This document shows, piece after piece, positions 1 through 10,040 of a stretch of DNA of 44,364 nt (positions within the stretch are counted from its first letter, which is position 1; the number at the start of each line of letters is the position of its first letter). Source of the DNA: a virus. Lineage: Duplodnaviria > Caudoviricetes. The position numbers and the translations under genes were made by a program. The notes under the pieces were generated by a model. That model worked only from the letters and a program-made list of their open reading frames with translations, was not told the DNA's origin and did not search any database. The stretch is from the IMG/VR virus record IMGVR_UViG_3300027697_000033, positions 1 to 44,364 of that record. The stretch is one strand, 5' to 3'.

Positions 1-1
1 C

Positions 2-163
2 AAACAGGTCGTACAGGCCTGCATCGATGGAGGAATACCATTTGACCAGATCATTGAAGAGTTTGGCTCCTGGACGCATATCAGCGTGCCAAACACCAAA
101 GAACAACAACCAAGGCGTCAGGCCTTAATTATTGACAAAAACGGAACAAGACCGTACAATTAG
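2..163 (+). CDS. C-terminal fragment of a peptidase M15A-like endolysin (5' truncated)
   Basis: Hand translation KQVVQACIDGGIPFDQIIEEFGSWTHISVPN...; FDQII-E...W-HIS is the typical C-terminal Zn-ligand motif; TAG at 161-163. Confidence 0.75.
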   Translation, partial: KQVVQACIDGGIPFDQIIEEFGSWTHISVPNTKEQQPRRQALIIDKNGTRPYN

Positions 164-182
164 TCTAAATTAAGGAGACGTT

Positions 183-716
183 ATGCTACGACATCAGTTG
201 GCGGTGTACGCCTGCGCGATCGCGCTTGTTTGGGGAATGTGCTTCCATGATCCCCTGGCTAAGTGGGCTATAGCCCACACCCCATTCCAATGGGTTGCGG
301 ACTCAACCGTTGAGTTAATAGAACACTTTGAAGGAAAGCGCTACCGCGCTTATCAGGATGCTGGCGGTTACTGGACGACTGGGGTGGGGCATTTAATTCG
401 CCAAAAAGACACCCATTTGCTTCACAAAGAGCTTTCTGAAGCCGAGGTAATGGGTATCCTACACCGTGACCTAGAAAAGTGCTCTACGGCCCTGGAATCG
501 GCTTTAAACACCATTCCTAGAAGGCACCAGATTGACGCCCTAATGAGCCTGTGCCACAACATTGGACCTAACAACATTATGCGTTCTGAGGTAGTCAAAC
601 ACCTAAACGATGGTAATGTGCACAAGGCTGGAGATGCGTTCCTTAACTGGAGCACCCCACCAGTACTTAAAAAGCGCCGTCAAATAGAGCGCACATTGTT
701 CTTAGCAGGGGCGTAA
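183..716 (+). CDS. GH24 phage lysozyme with N-terminal hydrophobic (SAR/signal-like) segment
   Basis: FEGKRYRAYQDAGGYWTTGVGH gives the E-x8-D-x5-T triad; RRQIER C-terminus; AAGGAG RBS upstream. Confidence 0.92.
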   Translation: MLRHQLAVYACAIALVWGMCFHDPLAKWAIAHTPFQWVADSTVELIEHFEGKRYRAYQDAGGYWTTGVGHLIRQKDTHLLHKELSEAEVMGILHRDLEKCSTALESALNTIPRRHQIDALMSLCHNIGPNNIMRSEVVKHLNDGNVHKAGDAFLNWSTPPVLKKRRQIERTLFLAGA

Positions 717-739
717 ACCCCTGTATTTTTGCATTAGTA
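709..739 (+). promoter_or_regulatory. Putative phage late promoter GGGCG-N14-TTTGCATTAGTA
   Basis: Same motif and spacing at 7483-7513 (+) and 22937-22967 (-); lies upstream of an operon start. Confidence 0.75.
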
Positions 740-790
740 GATATAAGGGCTGATCACCCTATTCAACAATAAACCTCGAGGAAATACAAA

Positions 791-1960
791 ATGGAAGGCT
801 TTAAATCACTCCCCAAGATGCAATGTTTTAAAGAAGGCGGCTCTGTTAAAGCCATGGCCTACGGCGGCAAAATGAAAAAAGGCGGCCACTCCGAGTCCAA
901 AGAAATGAAAAAGGACATTGTCCAAGACAAGAAAGTTGTCAAGAAGGCATTTGCCATGCACGACAAACAATCCCACGAGGGAGAAAAAACTAACCTATCC
1001 AAGCTCAAAAAAGGTGGGCGGATGAAGAAAGAGGTTGGTACAGTAAAAAAGTATAAAGCCGGCGGCGCTATCGAAATGAAGAAAGACGCCGGTGATAAAG
1101 ATGACATTAAAAAAGTCAAGCAGACCAAGCCCAAAAAGGCAGCCGCTCCTAGCGCCGCAACTAAAGATGTAATGAACACCCCTAAGTTTTTTAAGAAGGG
1201 TGGTAAAGTAAAAAAGTATAGTAACGGCCAGCAAGTAAAAGATCCACAAAAGCTGGTCGATGATATTGCCCTTGAGGAAAACACCCAAGACCGTGAAATG
1301 ATTATGAAACCGGTTCGGGCTGCTGGAAAAATGATCACTAAAGGTATTAGTGCTGCTAAGTCTGCGCTAAAAGGACAAGGCTCCGTATCTGATGCAGAGC
1401 GTGAAGCTGTTGCCAAGAAAAAAGGCGGCAAAATTAAGAAGTTTAACACTGGTGGTTCTACTGGCCCTTTGACTGCTGAAGAAGAAGCATACTTAGGTGG
1501 TGCTGATCGCACCGACCCATTCATCATGGCTCGTATGCGCAGAGCAATCCCACAAAAGCAAAACTACATTCCAAACGCCGTTCCAGCTATGGATAACCGT
1601 GACGTAGGTCAAACTGTTGCACCAGCACTAGCACCAATGGACAGCACTTTGCGTGACGAAACTGGCGCACCATCAACTATGCAGCGTAATGAGTATGGCG
1701 ATTTATATACGCCAATTAATAAGATGACTCCGACTGCACCAGTTAAAGCTCCTGTTCGCCGTCCTGCTGCAGCTCCTGCTGTTCAACAACGCCCCAATGT
1801 TGATGCAGATTCTGGTTTAGCATACCCACAAGAAAATCAATTACGTACTGCTCCTATGGCACCACGTTCATTCTTGAGGGGCACAAAAGGTTATAACTTA
1901 TCCGATTTTTTTGGACCAGGATTTGGCAAATCACAACGCAACCGTGGATACAAGCCTTAA
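791..1960 (+). CDS. Lys-rich low-complexity protein with repeated xxGG motifs, probable internal virion protein
   Basis: FKEGG, MAYGG, MKKGG, LKKGG, YKAGG, FKKGG, KKKGG, FNTGG repeats; GAGG RBS. Confidence 0.8.
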   Translation: MEGFKSLPKMQCFKEGGSVKAMAYGGKMKKGGHSESKEMKKDIVQDKKVVKKAFAMHDKQSHEGEKTNLSKLKKGGRMKKEVGTVKKYKAGGAIEMKKDAGDKDDIKKVKQTKPKKAAAPSAATKDVMNTPKFFKKGGKVKKYSNGQQVKDPQKLVDDIALEENTQDREMIMKPVRAAGKMITKGISAAKSALKGQGSVSDAEREAVAKKKGGKIKKFNTGGSTGPLTAEEEAYLGGADRTDPFIMARMRRAIPQKQNYIPNAVPAMDNRDVGQTVAPALAPMDSTLRDETGAPSTMQRNEYGDLYTPINKMTPTAPVKAPVRRPAAAPAVQQRPNVDADSGLAYPQENQLRTAPMAPRSFLRGTKGYNLSDFFGPGFGKSQRNRGYKP

Positions 1961-1961
1961 T

Positions 1962-2129
1962 ATGCCGATAGAATCTAAACAACAACAGAAGGCAATGTAC
2001 GCCGCCGCGGCTGGTAAATCAACCCTTGGCATCCCAAAGAAGGTTGGCAAGGAGTTTATCAAAGCCGGCAAAGCAAAACCAAACCTTCCACAAAAAGTAA
2101 CTAAACGCGCATCCGGCAGAGGACGTTAA
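1962..2129 (+). CDS. Small basic phage protein ([16 protein letters not shown]...[10 protein letters not shown])
   Basis: ATG at 1962 directly after the upstream stop; fills the gap to the next gene. Confidence 0.75.
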   Translation: MPIESKQQQKAMYAAAAGKSTLGIPKKVGKEFIKAGKAKPNLPQKVTKRASGRGR

Positions 2130-2132
2130 TCT

Positions 2133-3212
2133 ATGTCATATTCTGGTACCATCAACCAGACCAAGATCAACGTAGATCAGTTGATCTCGTACGCATATCG
2201 TGATGCTGGTAAGACGGCAGAAGAAATCACGCCTGAGTATATTGATGCAGGCAAACAAGCACTCTACTACATTCTACAAAACCTATCTAACCGTGGCGTT
2301 AACCTATGGCTATTAGAAAATAAAGTCATTGGTGCCCCAACAAACGCACAATGGATTTCGTTGCCAGAGAGCACGATTGACGTGCGTGAGGCAAACTGGG
2401 TTTATATTACTAACCCGTCGTACAGCGGTTTATTGCCAACATCAAACCCAAACGTTGTCAACCTGTTTGACCAAGACGCAAACGACACACTTGATTTGTT
2501 TGCAACCAGTTCATTAGGTAATAACTTTTTTGGTGCGGCGTACAGTAACCAAACACGTTTGTTTTACGTTGGATTTAATGCGTACTGCCCAGGAACAACG
2601 GCAACCTATACCCTAGACTTTGAGGTCAGCAACGACGGAACAAACTGGACGGTGTGGGAGTCGTTCCCATCCACCACACTAGCAGACCGTGAGTGGGCCT
2701 ACTTTAGCATTAACGCCACCCAACAGTTTTATTACTTTAGATTAAAAAACCGAAACACACTAGCAACATTCTCGTTGCGTGCCATCCAGTTCGCACAGAG
2801 TCAGCAGGTTATTCCATTGGCACGACTAAACCGTGACGACTACTGGAACCTACCCAACAAACAATTCCCAAGCCAACGCTCATTGCAATATTGGTACGAT
2901 CGTTTGATCGAACCACGCATGTACTTGTGGCCCGTACCAAATAATAACTACCAAGTGTTTCAATTAATTATAGAGACACAAATGCCAGACGTTGGTTCGC
3001 TAACTGACGAATTATACCTACCAAACCGTTGGATTGGTTCTATCCAAGCCAGCCTATCACACAAGCTGGCAATACAGTTACCACAGATTGATCTGCAACG
3101 TATTGGGTATTTAGAACAACAAGCCGTTAAATTAGAGTACGACGCAGCACAAGAAGAGCGCGACAAGTCGCCTATTTACTTCCAACCTAACTACAGCTAC
3201 TATACACGATGA
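2133..3212 (+). CDS. Putative head-tail adaptor/connector protein with an inserted beta-sandwich (discoidin-like) domain
   Basis: N-terminal helical part (LISYAY...NRGVNLW), FEVSNDGTNW insert, LWPVP motif; position before tail genes. Confidence 0.6.
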   Translation: MSYSGTINQTKINVDQLISYAYRDAGKTAEEITPEYIDAGKQALYYILQNLSNRGVNLWLLENKVIGAPTNAQWISLPESTIDVREANWVYITNPSYSGLLPTSNPNVVNLFDQDANDTLDLFATSSLGNNFFGAAYSNQTRLFYVGFNAYCPGTTATYTLDFEVSNDGTNWTVWESFPSTTLADREWAYFSINATQQFYYFRLKNRNTLATFSLRAIQFAQSQQVIPLARLNRDDYWNLPNKQFPSQRSLQYWYDRLIEPRMYLWPVPNNNYQVFQLIIETQMPDVGSLTDELYLPNRWIGSIQASLSHKLAIQLPQIDLQRIGYLEQQAVKLEYDAAQEERDKSPIYFQPNYSYYTR

Positions 3213-3829
3213 GCGGCGCATACGTAATGACCTACAACAATCTGGTAGATGACGTCCAGCGTTACATGGAACGTGACGACGCCGGGTTTGTTGCACAGAT
3301 CCCCAGCCTAATTGGATTGGCTGAGGCAGCGATTGCGGCAGAGTTAAAGTCGCTACTGCAATTAACTGTCGTAGAAACCACACTGGCAACTAACCAGGAC
3401 GTGCTAGCTAAACCAGCACGCTGGCGTAAAACTGTGTCTATGAAGGTCAACGGCGCGCCAGTATTGTTGCGCTCACAGGATTATATTGCGCAGTACCAAT
3501 CAGAGTCTAGCAACGGGCAGCCAAAGTACTACGGCGAGTATGACTACAACAACTGGAACTTTGCGCCAAAGCCAGACGATGACTACCCAGTAGAAATTAT
3601 TTACTACAGCCTAATCCAGCCATTAGATACATCTAACCAGACCAACTTGTTCACGCGCGAGTGCCCGCAGGCGATGTTGTTTGGAACTTTACTACAGGCC
3701 CAGGGCTATCTAAAGGCGTTGGATAAGCTGCCCGTATGGAAAAGCTACTACACCGAGTCATTAGCCGCGTTGAAGAAGGAAGACAACTCGCGTCGTATTG
3801 ATCGAAATACTACGGTCCAGGAACCATAA
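3209..3829 (+). CDS. Putative tail adaptor / tail tubular protein A-like
   Basis: MTYNNLVDDVQRY...GQPKYY...FAPKPD...YY pattern typical of podoviral adaptors; ATGA overlap. Confidence 0.65.
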   Translation: MSGAYVMTYNNLVDDVQRYMERDDAGFVAQIPSLIGLAEAAIAAELKSLLQLTVVETTLATNQDVLAKPARWRKTVSMKVNGAPVLLRSQDYIAQYQSESSNGQPKYYGEYDYNNWNFAPKPDDDYPVEIIYYSLIQPLDTSNQTNLFTRECPQAMLFGTLLQAQGYLKALDKLPVWKSYYTESLAALKKEDNSRRIDRNTTVQEP

Positions 3830-3832
3830 TAT

Positions 3833-5095
3833 ATGCCAATCTACACATCACCGTTTACCGGCACAGTCGTACAGCCAACCGACGTATCGTACTACGAGCT
3901 TAACTTTAGCGCAAACGTACAACTATATTGGCCGGCGGTTGTTAACCCACAGCAAGTACCCGCCGCTCGTATTATCGACTGCACACCGTCTACTTCTAAC
4001 TTGGTTATTTCATTACCCGAGGCAAACCAAGGAACTACCGGCGCGGATATCTTAATTCGTAACTTTGGTGGCGTAGCATTTACTGTACAAGACTTTGCTG
4101 GCACAGGATCTGTGTCAATCCCCGCAGGAGTGTCTAAATATTTTTATCTATCGGATAACTCTACTTCTGCTGGTGTCTGGCAAAATGTAACCTTTGGCGC
4201 TGGCACATCATCCGCCGATGCCGCTTCGTTAGCTGGAAACGGTTTAGTTGCCCTATCTGGCAAACTAAACACCACGCAAAACGTTGTAGAGGTATCGTCA
4301 ACACCATCAATTACAGACGCAAGCCGTGCCGCTACATTTGTCTGGACGGGTGGTAATGGCACATTTACACTACCAACGGCGGCTAGTTTAACTACCGGCT
4401 GGTATATTGCGTTTAGAAATAACGGAACTGGTGCGATTACAATCACGCCACAAGGCACTTCAACAATTGACAGTCTAGCAAATATAACTGTTAACCCCGC
4501 AGAGTCTGGCTTTATTGTCTTTCAAGAATCCTCTGGTAATTTCTTTACCGTTGGTTTATCTGTACCGTCAAATGTAACCTTTACATCGGCAACGTACGAC
4601 GTGGACTCCGTTGTAGGTAACACATTTAGTTTAGTATCGTACGCACCAATTATCCAGACTTATGTTGCATTAGCCGGCACTCGTGCGGTTGATTTGGATG
4701 TCACCCTACCAGCAACAACTCAGTTGTATGTGTTGGTAAACAATACGGGACAATCTGGATATAATGTTACATTCCAAATTTCTGGCAGTTTACAGACACC
4801 AATTGCGTTAGCTAACGGCGGTGTTGTACTGGCGTTAAGTGATGGTAACCAGTTGTATATTATTAGCCAAACAACCGTGGGTGTCTACTATGCAGACAAC
4901 GGTTCTGCTGCGGCACCATCGTTCTCCTTTACAAATGATACCAACACGGGTATGTACTTAGTTGGTACTAACGTGCTTGGACTATCGGCAAACTCTACGC
5001 TCATGTTGGAGATTGATAACACTAACACGCTAAGTCCACAGGTATCTACACCAGCAACATTTAACGCAGGGTTAATTGGTGGCGGGACGTTCTAA
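3833..5095 (+). CDS. Tail structural protein (fibre/spike-like, beta-rich)
   Basis: Thr/Ser/Gly-rich, repeated TLP..A motifs, GSAAAPSFSF..DTNTGMY motif common in fibre proteins. Confidence 0.65.
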   Translation: MPIYTSPFTGTVVQPTDVSYYELNFSANVQLYWPAVVNPQQVPAARIIDCTPSTSNLVISLPEANQGTTGADILIRNFGGVAFTVQDFAGTGSVSIPAGVSKYFYLSDNSTSAGVWQNVTFGAGTSSADAASLAGNGLVALSGKLNTTQNVVEVSSTPSITDASRAATFVWTGGNGTFTLPTAASLTTGWYIAFRNNGTGAITITPQGTSTIDSLANITVNPAESGFIVFQESSGNFFTVGLSVPSNVTFTSATYDVDSVVGNTFSLVSYAPIIQTYVALAGTRAVDLDVTLPATTQLYVLVNNTGQSGYNVTFQISGSLQTPIALANGGVVLALSDGNQLYIISQTTVGVYYADNGSAAAPSFSFTNDTNTGMYLVGTNVLGLSANSTLMLEIDNTNTLSPQVSTPATFNAGLIGGGTF

Positions 5096-7230
5096 TGGCC
5101 GGAGAAAACAGCTTACCAGAACAGTATAATCTGGTCTACACGCTTGGTGTTCAGCCAGGTATAAAACGAGACGGCACAATATTTGAGTCACGTGAGTTCA
5201 GTGACGGAGAATGGTGCCGTTTTCAACGTGGCACGCCTAGAAAAATGGGTGGCTACCGTGAACTGTTTGCGACGTTTACCGGCATACCAAGAGGTATGAT
5301 ATCTAACTCTTTTAACGGAGTTAACTACATTTTTGTTGGTAACCAGTATGGCTTAGAAGCATTTACAACAGGCACTACGTTTGGCGTTGGCAGTGGTCCG
5401 CTTACTGTAAATATTTTACCTGGCTATGCACCTTTTACATTGGTATCAAACACAACCAGCACCTTTGTAATTGCTGGCGACGTAACCGCGGCGTTTCCTG
5501 CCGCAATGACGGTTATATTTGACGACGACATTACTACCGCAACTACAGTAGTTAGTGCGGTATATTCGTCACCAAATACAACGGTAACTGTAACGGCCTC
5601 CAGTATTGCTGGAACGCCCACAACGGTAGCGTTGTACGATGTTACATTTACACCAGATCCAAATCTGTTGTGGCAGTTTGACTTACAGTATTCGCCTGCG
5701 GGTGGATCGTTACAAGTGTTGGCGCATCCGGGTCAAAACTTAGCAAACATTGACAACGCCATCCAGACCCAAGTATTAACTGGTGGGTTATTGCCAGACT
5801 CATCAAACGAATGGAACTTTTACGGATTAGCCGATACTGGCGGTCAGAATCCAACCTATCGACCAATAGTAGTAGATGGTGGTGTTTGCGTGTTGTATCC
5901 CTACACGTTTGTGTATGGGTCGGATGGCTTTATTGCCAACAACAACGTCGACACCAATACAACGCTAACATTATACAACCAGCAAACAATTACCGACTGG
6001 AACGGCCCAACGTCTAACCAGGTCAACATGGCCTCGTCTAAGATTGTTAAAGGCATACCAGTACGCGGCGGTACTAACTCACCGTCTGGATTGTTCTGGG
6101 CAACTGATAGTTTGATCCGTGTTTCGTTTACCGGCACAACTCCGCTTTACTGGCGCTATGATATTATTTCTAGCCAGATCTCTACCATATCATCCTCGTG
6201 CTTTGTTGAGATGGATGGTATATTTTACTGGATGGGTGTCGACCGTTTCTACCTATACAATGGTGCGGTCTCTGTACTGCCAAATGATAAAAACGTAAAC
6301 TGGCTATTTGATAACCTCAACTTTGTACAGCGCCAAAAGGTATGGGCAACCAAAGTACCTAGGTATAATGAGATCTGGTTTTTTTATCCCCGCGGCGATG
6401 CCACAGAATGCACCGACGCAATTGTATACAACGTCAAAGACAAAATCTGGTACGACGCCGGAAGCGCGCCTGGATCACGTAGATCGTGTGGATATACCAC
6501 CGAGGTGTTCCCAACACCAATCTGGGCTGGATGGGAAGACATTAATACATTTAGCGTACCGTTTGAAGTTATTGACGAGCCACCCAGTGAATCGCCACCG
6601 AATAATAACCAGGTATATATTAATGGTGACGTGACGGCTACTTTTGGCGCGGGTGACTATATCTCGCTGACAAATACGGGAAGCCCTGTTGTTTATAAAA
6701 TTGTAACAAGTGTTTTTATGTTTACCTCTGCAATTACAGCAACAAACCCAGAGGGTGTGACATTAATTACTGTAGATGTAAACTTTGACCCAATTCAAGT
6801 AGCCGGCGATTACATATATTATATTGAAGGTGGATATCCACTATGGCAGCATGAGTTTGGCACAAACGCTATTACGTTTAACCAAGAGTTTGCCATTACA
6901 TCTAGCATCACGACTTGCGACATTAGCTGGGTTGGTGGGATACCATCACAAGACAGCGCCACTGGCGTTAACCGGCGTATGCACTTAAGACGTATTGAGC
7001 CAGACTTTGTACAGTCCGGCACAATGGCTATGACCATATTGGGCCGTAAATTTGCCCGCGGAGATACAGAGACCTCGGGGCCATTTTACTTTGACCCAGA
7101 CACCGGTAAGATTGACCTGCGCGTAGAGCACCGCGAAGTACGCCTCAAGTTTGAGTCCAACGTATTGGACGGTAACTTTGAAATGGGCCGCCTGCTTATT
7201 ACTGCAGAGTACGGCGACGAGCGTCCGTGA
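5095..7230 (+). CDS. Tail nozzle / stabilisation protein (P22 gp10 / T7 gp12-like beta-propeller)
   Basis: 711 aa; FYWMGVDRFYLYNGAV, NEIWFFYP, YNVKDKIWY motifs; synteny. Confidence 0.7.
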   Translation: MAGENSLPEQYNLVYTLGVQPGIKRDGTIFESREFSDGEWCRFQRGTPRKMGGYRELFATFTGIPRGMISNSFNGVNYIFVGNQYGLEAFTTGTTFGVGSGPLTVNILPGYAPFTLVSNTTSTFVIAGDVTAAFPAAMTVIFDDDITTATTVVSAVYSSPNTTVTVTASSIAGTPTTVALYDVTFTPDPNLLWQFDLQYSPAGGSLQVLAHPGQNLANIDNAIQTQVLTGGLLPDSSNEWNFYGLADTGGQNPTYRPIVVDGGVCVLYPYTFVYGSDGFIANNNVDTNTTLTLYNQQTITDWNGPTSNQVNMASSKIVKGIPVRGGTNSPSGLFWATDSLIRVSFTGTTPLYWRYDIISSQISTISSSCFVEMDGIFYWMGVDRFYLYNGAVSVLPNDKNVNWLFDNLNFVQRQKVWATKVPRYNEIWFFYPRGDATECTDAIVYNVKDKIWYDAGSAPGSRRSCGYTTEVFPTPIWAGWEDINTFSVPFEVIDEPPSESPPNNNQVYINGDVTATFGAGDYISLTNTGSPVVYKIVTSVFMFTSAITATNPEGVTLITVDVNFDPIQVAGDYIYYIEGGYPLWQHEFGTNAITFNQEFAITSSITTCDISWVGGIPSQDSATGVNRRMHLRRIEPDFVQSGTMAMTILGRKFARGDTETSGPFYFDPDTGKIDLRVEHREVRLKFESNVLDGNFEMGRLLITAEYGDERP

Positions 7231-7478
7231 GTATCCAAACATTCTTCCCAATCAACCCAGAGTATATGTCTTGGGATGATTGGAACGGCAACTTCCTACA
7301 TTACTTTGGCGAAGAGCCAATTATGTATGACAACGAGGATAATTGGAAACTAGTAGCTAAAAACATTAGCCAACTAACTACATTTGAAAGCTATCCGGTC
7401 CCAGACCCGGAAGCATTTGAGACTTGGCAAGACTGGGCCTCAGCCCTTAGCTTTATTTTAAACGGCCCAACCACTTGA
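7227..7478 (+). CDS. Small Trp-rich hypothetical virion protein
   Basis: GTGA overlap with upstream gene; 83 aa. Confidence 0.7.
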   Translation: MSIQTFFPINPEYMSWDDWNGNFLHYFGEEPIMYDNEDNWKLVAKNISQLTTFESYPVPDPEAFETWQDWASALSFILNGPTT

Positions 7479-7482
7479 TTTA

Positions 7483-7513
7483 GGGCGATAAATGCAATAT
7501 TTTTGCATTAGTA
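7483..7513 (+). promoter_or_regulatory. Putative phage late promoter GGGCG-N14-TTTGCATTAGTA
   Basis: Second copy of the motif, in the intergenic gap before the ejection-protein operon. Confidence 0.75.
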
Positions 7514-7548
7514 TATGTAAGAATCATACCTTTTAAACAGGAACAGCT

Positions 7549-8016
7549 ATGACTCAAATGGTCGACAGCAAACAAGAAGAACTAGGCACAGACATGATCG
7601 TAAAGATCGCGGCTGAAAACACTCGTTCGCCGTATCCATTTAAACAAGTTTTTTTGTTTTTTACGGCAGAATTAGGATTGCCTAACGCCAGATTGTATAA
7701 GTTTGGCAATACTGTTTTTGTAATCCACCCTTCCGAACAACGTGAAGAGTTCGGTGTGTTCCGTGCCCTTAATGCAGACACCGCTGAAAACTTTATACAA
7801 AACAGCAAAATGTTTGTAGACAAAGCAATTGAAGATGGTTTTACTGGACTGCAGACTACTTTCTCCGACCCTTCCCTTTTAAATATTTTTAAATATATCG
7901 CCCGAGAAGAACAAGAACTGGGAAACCCCAATATGGGATACACCGTACAAAAGTCAACTGACGGCAAACAAATTCGAGTAACTCTTGTATTGCAAGGTGA
8001 AAGGATGGGTGCGTAA
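7549..8016 (+). CDS. Hypothetical protein (alpha/beta; occupies the slot often held by GNAT-like virion assembly proteins)
   Basis: AGGA RBS; 155 aa; function inferred from position only. Confidence 0.7.
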   Translation: MTQMVDSKQEELGTDMIVKIAAENTRSPYPFKQVFLFFTAELGLPNARLYKFGNTVFVIHPSEQREEFGVFRALNADTAENFIQNSKMFVDKAIEDGFTGLQTTFSDPSLLNIFKYIAREEQELGNPNMGYTVQKSTDGKQIRVTLVLQGERMGA

Positions 8017-10040
8017 TGGCTGCCGTCGTTGAAGTTGTATCAGATACATTTGAAGCGGTTGGTGACGCAGTTGGCGCGGTTGGTGAAGCCATTGGCGACG
8101 CTGCCCAAGAAGTAGGTAATTTTGTTGAAGATACAGCTCAATCTGTTGGTAGAACAGTAGAAGCAATTGCTAACGACCCAGCTAAAGCGTTACCGCTTAT
8201 TGCTGTTGCTATTGCGGCACCATATGTAGCGCCTTATCTTTGGGCTGGTGCAACTACCGCCCAAGCGGCTATGGTATTAAACACTGGCTTGGCATTAGCA
8301 AACGGCGCCGACCCAATGCAAGTGGCGCAAAACATTGGCACTAGCATGATAACCCAGGGCATTACAGCTAATTTACCAGTTGATCTTAGCACTGGTTCAA
8401 GTTTTGCTGACCAAGCAATTGCCAATACCGCAGTTGCTGCAGCTCAAGGAAGAGATCCTGCTCAAGCACTGGGTTCTATGATTGGCAACGCAGCTATTAG
8501 ATACGGTACTAATGAAATAGCTGGCGGTGTTAGAGATTATGCCGGTCTGGATGACAGAACTGCCCCCGTAATTGACAGAAGTGAGCCTTACACACCACCA
8601 ACTGAAACAATACAAACCGCAGAAACAAATATTCCTTCTGATGAAATAACAATGTCTCAAACATTTAGAGACGCTATTCAAAACGGTTTTTCACCAGAAG
8701 AATCATACGCAATTGCTAAAGGGCAAGCGGACGCAGAACAATCTGGCCCATCGCCCTACGCTAAAACAGCAAGCACAATAACTAGCGATCAACCACAAGC
8801 ATCTGTTACCGTAACTGGCGCAGAGGATGTTGAGGGTGAAGGTGTATCTTTACCTGCGCCAACTAAAGAAGAATTAGACCAGCAATTAGCTGATGGTGAG
8901 ATTACTCAAGAAGAGTATGACCGCATGTTGCCAACTGCTGGTGAATCAAGATCTACATTAGATTATGTTGACCCATATCAAGAAGAATCACCAATAGACG
9001 CAACCGGTGAAGATTTTGATATGAGTGCGCCTATTCCAGAACCAAAAGAAATTGTTTCGGATGGATTGGAAAACCAAAAACCTGACACGCGCGGTAATCT
9101 AATATATACTTATGATGACGGATCCACGCTTACAATGTCACCAGACGGTGAAGTTATTGATGTTACTGAAGCAACTAGTACGGGTGGTTTAGGTAGTTTA
9201 GAAGGCACCGGCGAAGACTTTGACATGAGTGATAAAGGCACCGGCGAAGACTTTGACATGAGCGGTGAGTATCAAGAAGAAGAATACACAGAAATTCCTG
9301 ATGAAAAATCTGGTTCTGGTTTTGCTGTAAAAATTGGTAGACCTGGTTTGTCAAGAGCAGCAACTATTCGCAAAGGCATGGTTAAAAAACCAACACCTGG
9401 CGCAAATCAAACTGCGGCCGATCCTGGTTTAATGTTAAACTCACAATACGGTTCACAACTAACATCTAACGTATTAACTGGAGATCCAAATTATAGTTTA
9501 ATTGGTTCGGCGCCAGAACAAGAACCTCAAGAAATGGCAACCGGCGGCAGACCTGCTACTGACACACAAGGTGTTTATGATTTAAGCTACACTGGCACTT
9601 CACCATTTTTAAGCAGCGGTTCTAGTATTATGGCGTTAAAACCAGGAATAGTTAAACCAAAAACATTAAATTATGAATTGGCAGGTTACCCATTTGGTAA
9701 AGAATGGAAAGCTGCAAAAGAAGGTGGTCCTATTGGACACAATCCTGAGTTCTTTAGCGAAGGTGGTTTAAACTCGTTAAAGAACAGTTACGTAAAAGGT
9801 AAGGGTGATGGTACTAGCGATAGTATCCCAGCAATGTTAGCAAACGGTGAGTTTGTAATTCCCGCAGATGTTGTATCATCATTAGGTAACGGCAGTAATG
9901 ATAGTGGTGCAGAAATATTAAGCGAATTTTTAAAAACAATTCGTGAACATAAACGTAAAGCAGATTCAAGAAAATTACCGCCAGATAGTAAAGGCGCGTT
10001 GGGATACCTAACGGAAGCGAAAAAGAAGGTGAAAAAATAA
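8016..10040 (+). CDS. Internal virion / ejection protein
   Basis: Hydrophobic Ala-rich N-terminus, acidic middle, C-terminal GKGDGTSDSIPAMLANGEFVIPADVV motif seen in phage virion proteins. Confidence 0.7.
   Translation: MAAVVEVVSDTFEAVGDAVGAVGEAIGDAAQEVGNFVEDTAQSVGRTVEAIANDPAKALPLIAVAIAAPYVAPYLWAGATTAQAAMVLNTGLALANGADPMQVAQNIGTSMITQGITANLPVDLSTGSSFADQAIANTAVAAAQGRDPAQALGSMIGNAAIRYGTNEIAGGVRDYAGLDDRTAPVIDRSEPYTPPTETIQTAETNIPSDEITMSQTFRDAIQNGFSPEESYAIAKGQADAEQSGPSPYAKTASTITSDQPQASVTVTGAEDVEGEGVSLPAPTKEELDQQLADGEITQEEYDRMLPTAGESRSTLDYVDPYQEESPIDATGEDFDMSAPIPEPKEIVSDGLENQKPDTRGNLIYTYDDGSTLTMSPDGEVIDVTEATSTGGLGSLEGTGEDFDMSDKGTGEDFDMSGEYQEEEYTEIPDEKSGSGFAVKIGRPGLSRAATIRKGMVKKPTPGANQTAADPGLMLNSQYGSQLTSNVLTGDPNYSLIGSAPEQEPQEMATGGRPATDTQGVYDLSYTGTSPFLSSGSSIMALKPGIVKPKTLNYELAGYPFGKEWKAAKEGGPIGHNPEFFSEGGLNSLKNSYVKGKGDGTSDSIPAMLANGEFVIPADVVSSLGNGSNDSGAEILSEFLKTIREHKRKADSRKLPPDSKGALGYLTEAKKKVKK
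9203..9262 (+). repeat. In-frame tandem duplication encoding GTGEDFDMS
   Basis: AAGGCACCGGCGAAGACTTTGACATGAG twice, 33-bp period; diverged copies near 9004 and 10985. Confidence 0.85.

Noticed and set aside
859-1527. 222-aa antisense ORF and similar shadow ORFs opposite polymerase, RNR, helicase and primase
   Set aside because: Reverse-strand mirror of biased codon usage in real genes; no RBS or recognisable motifs
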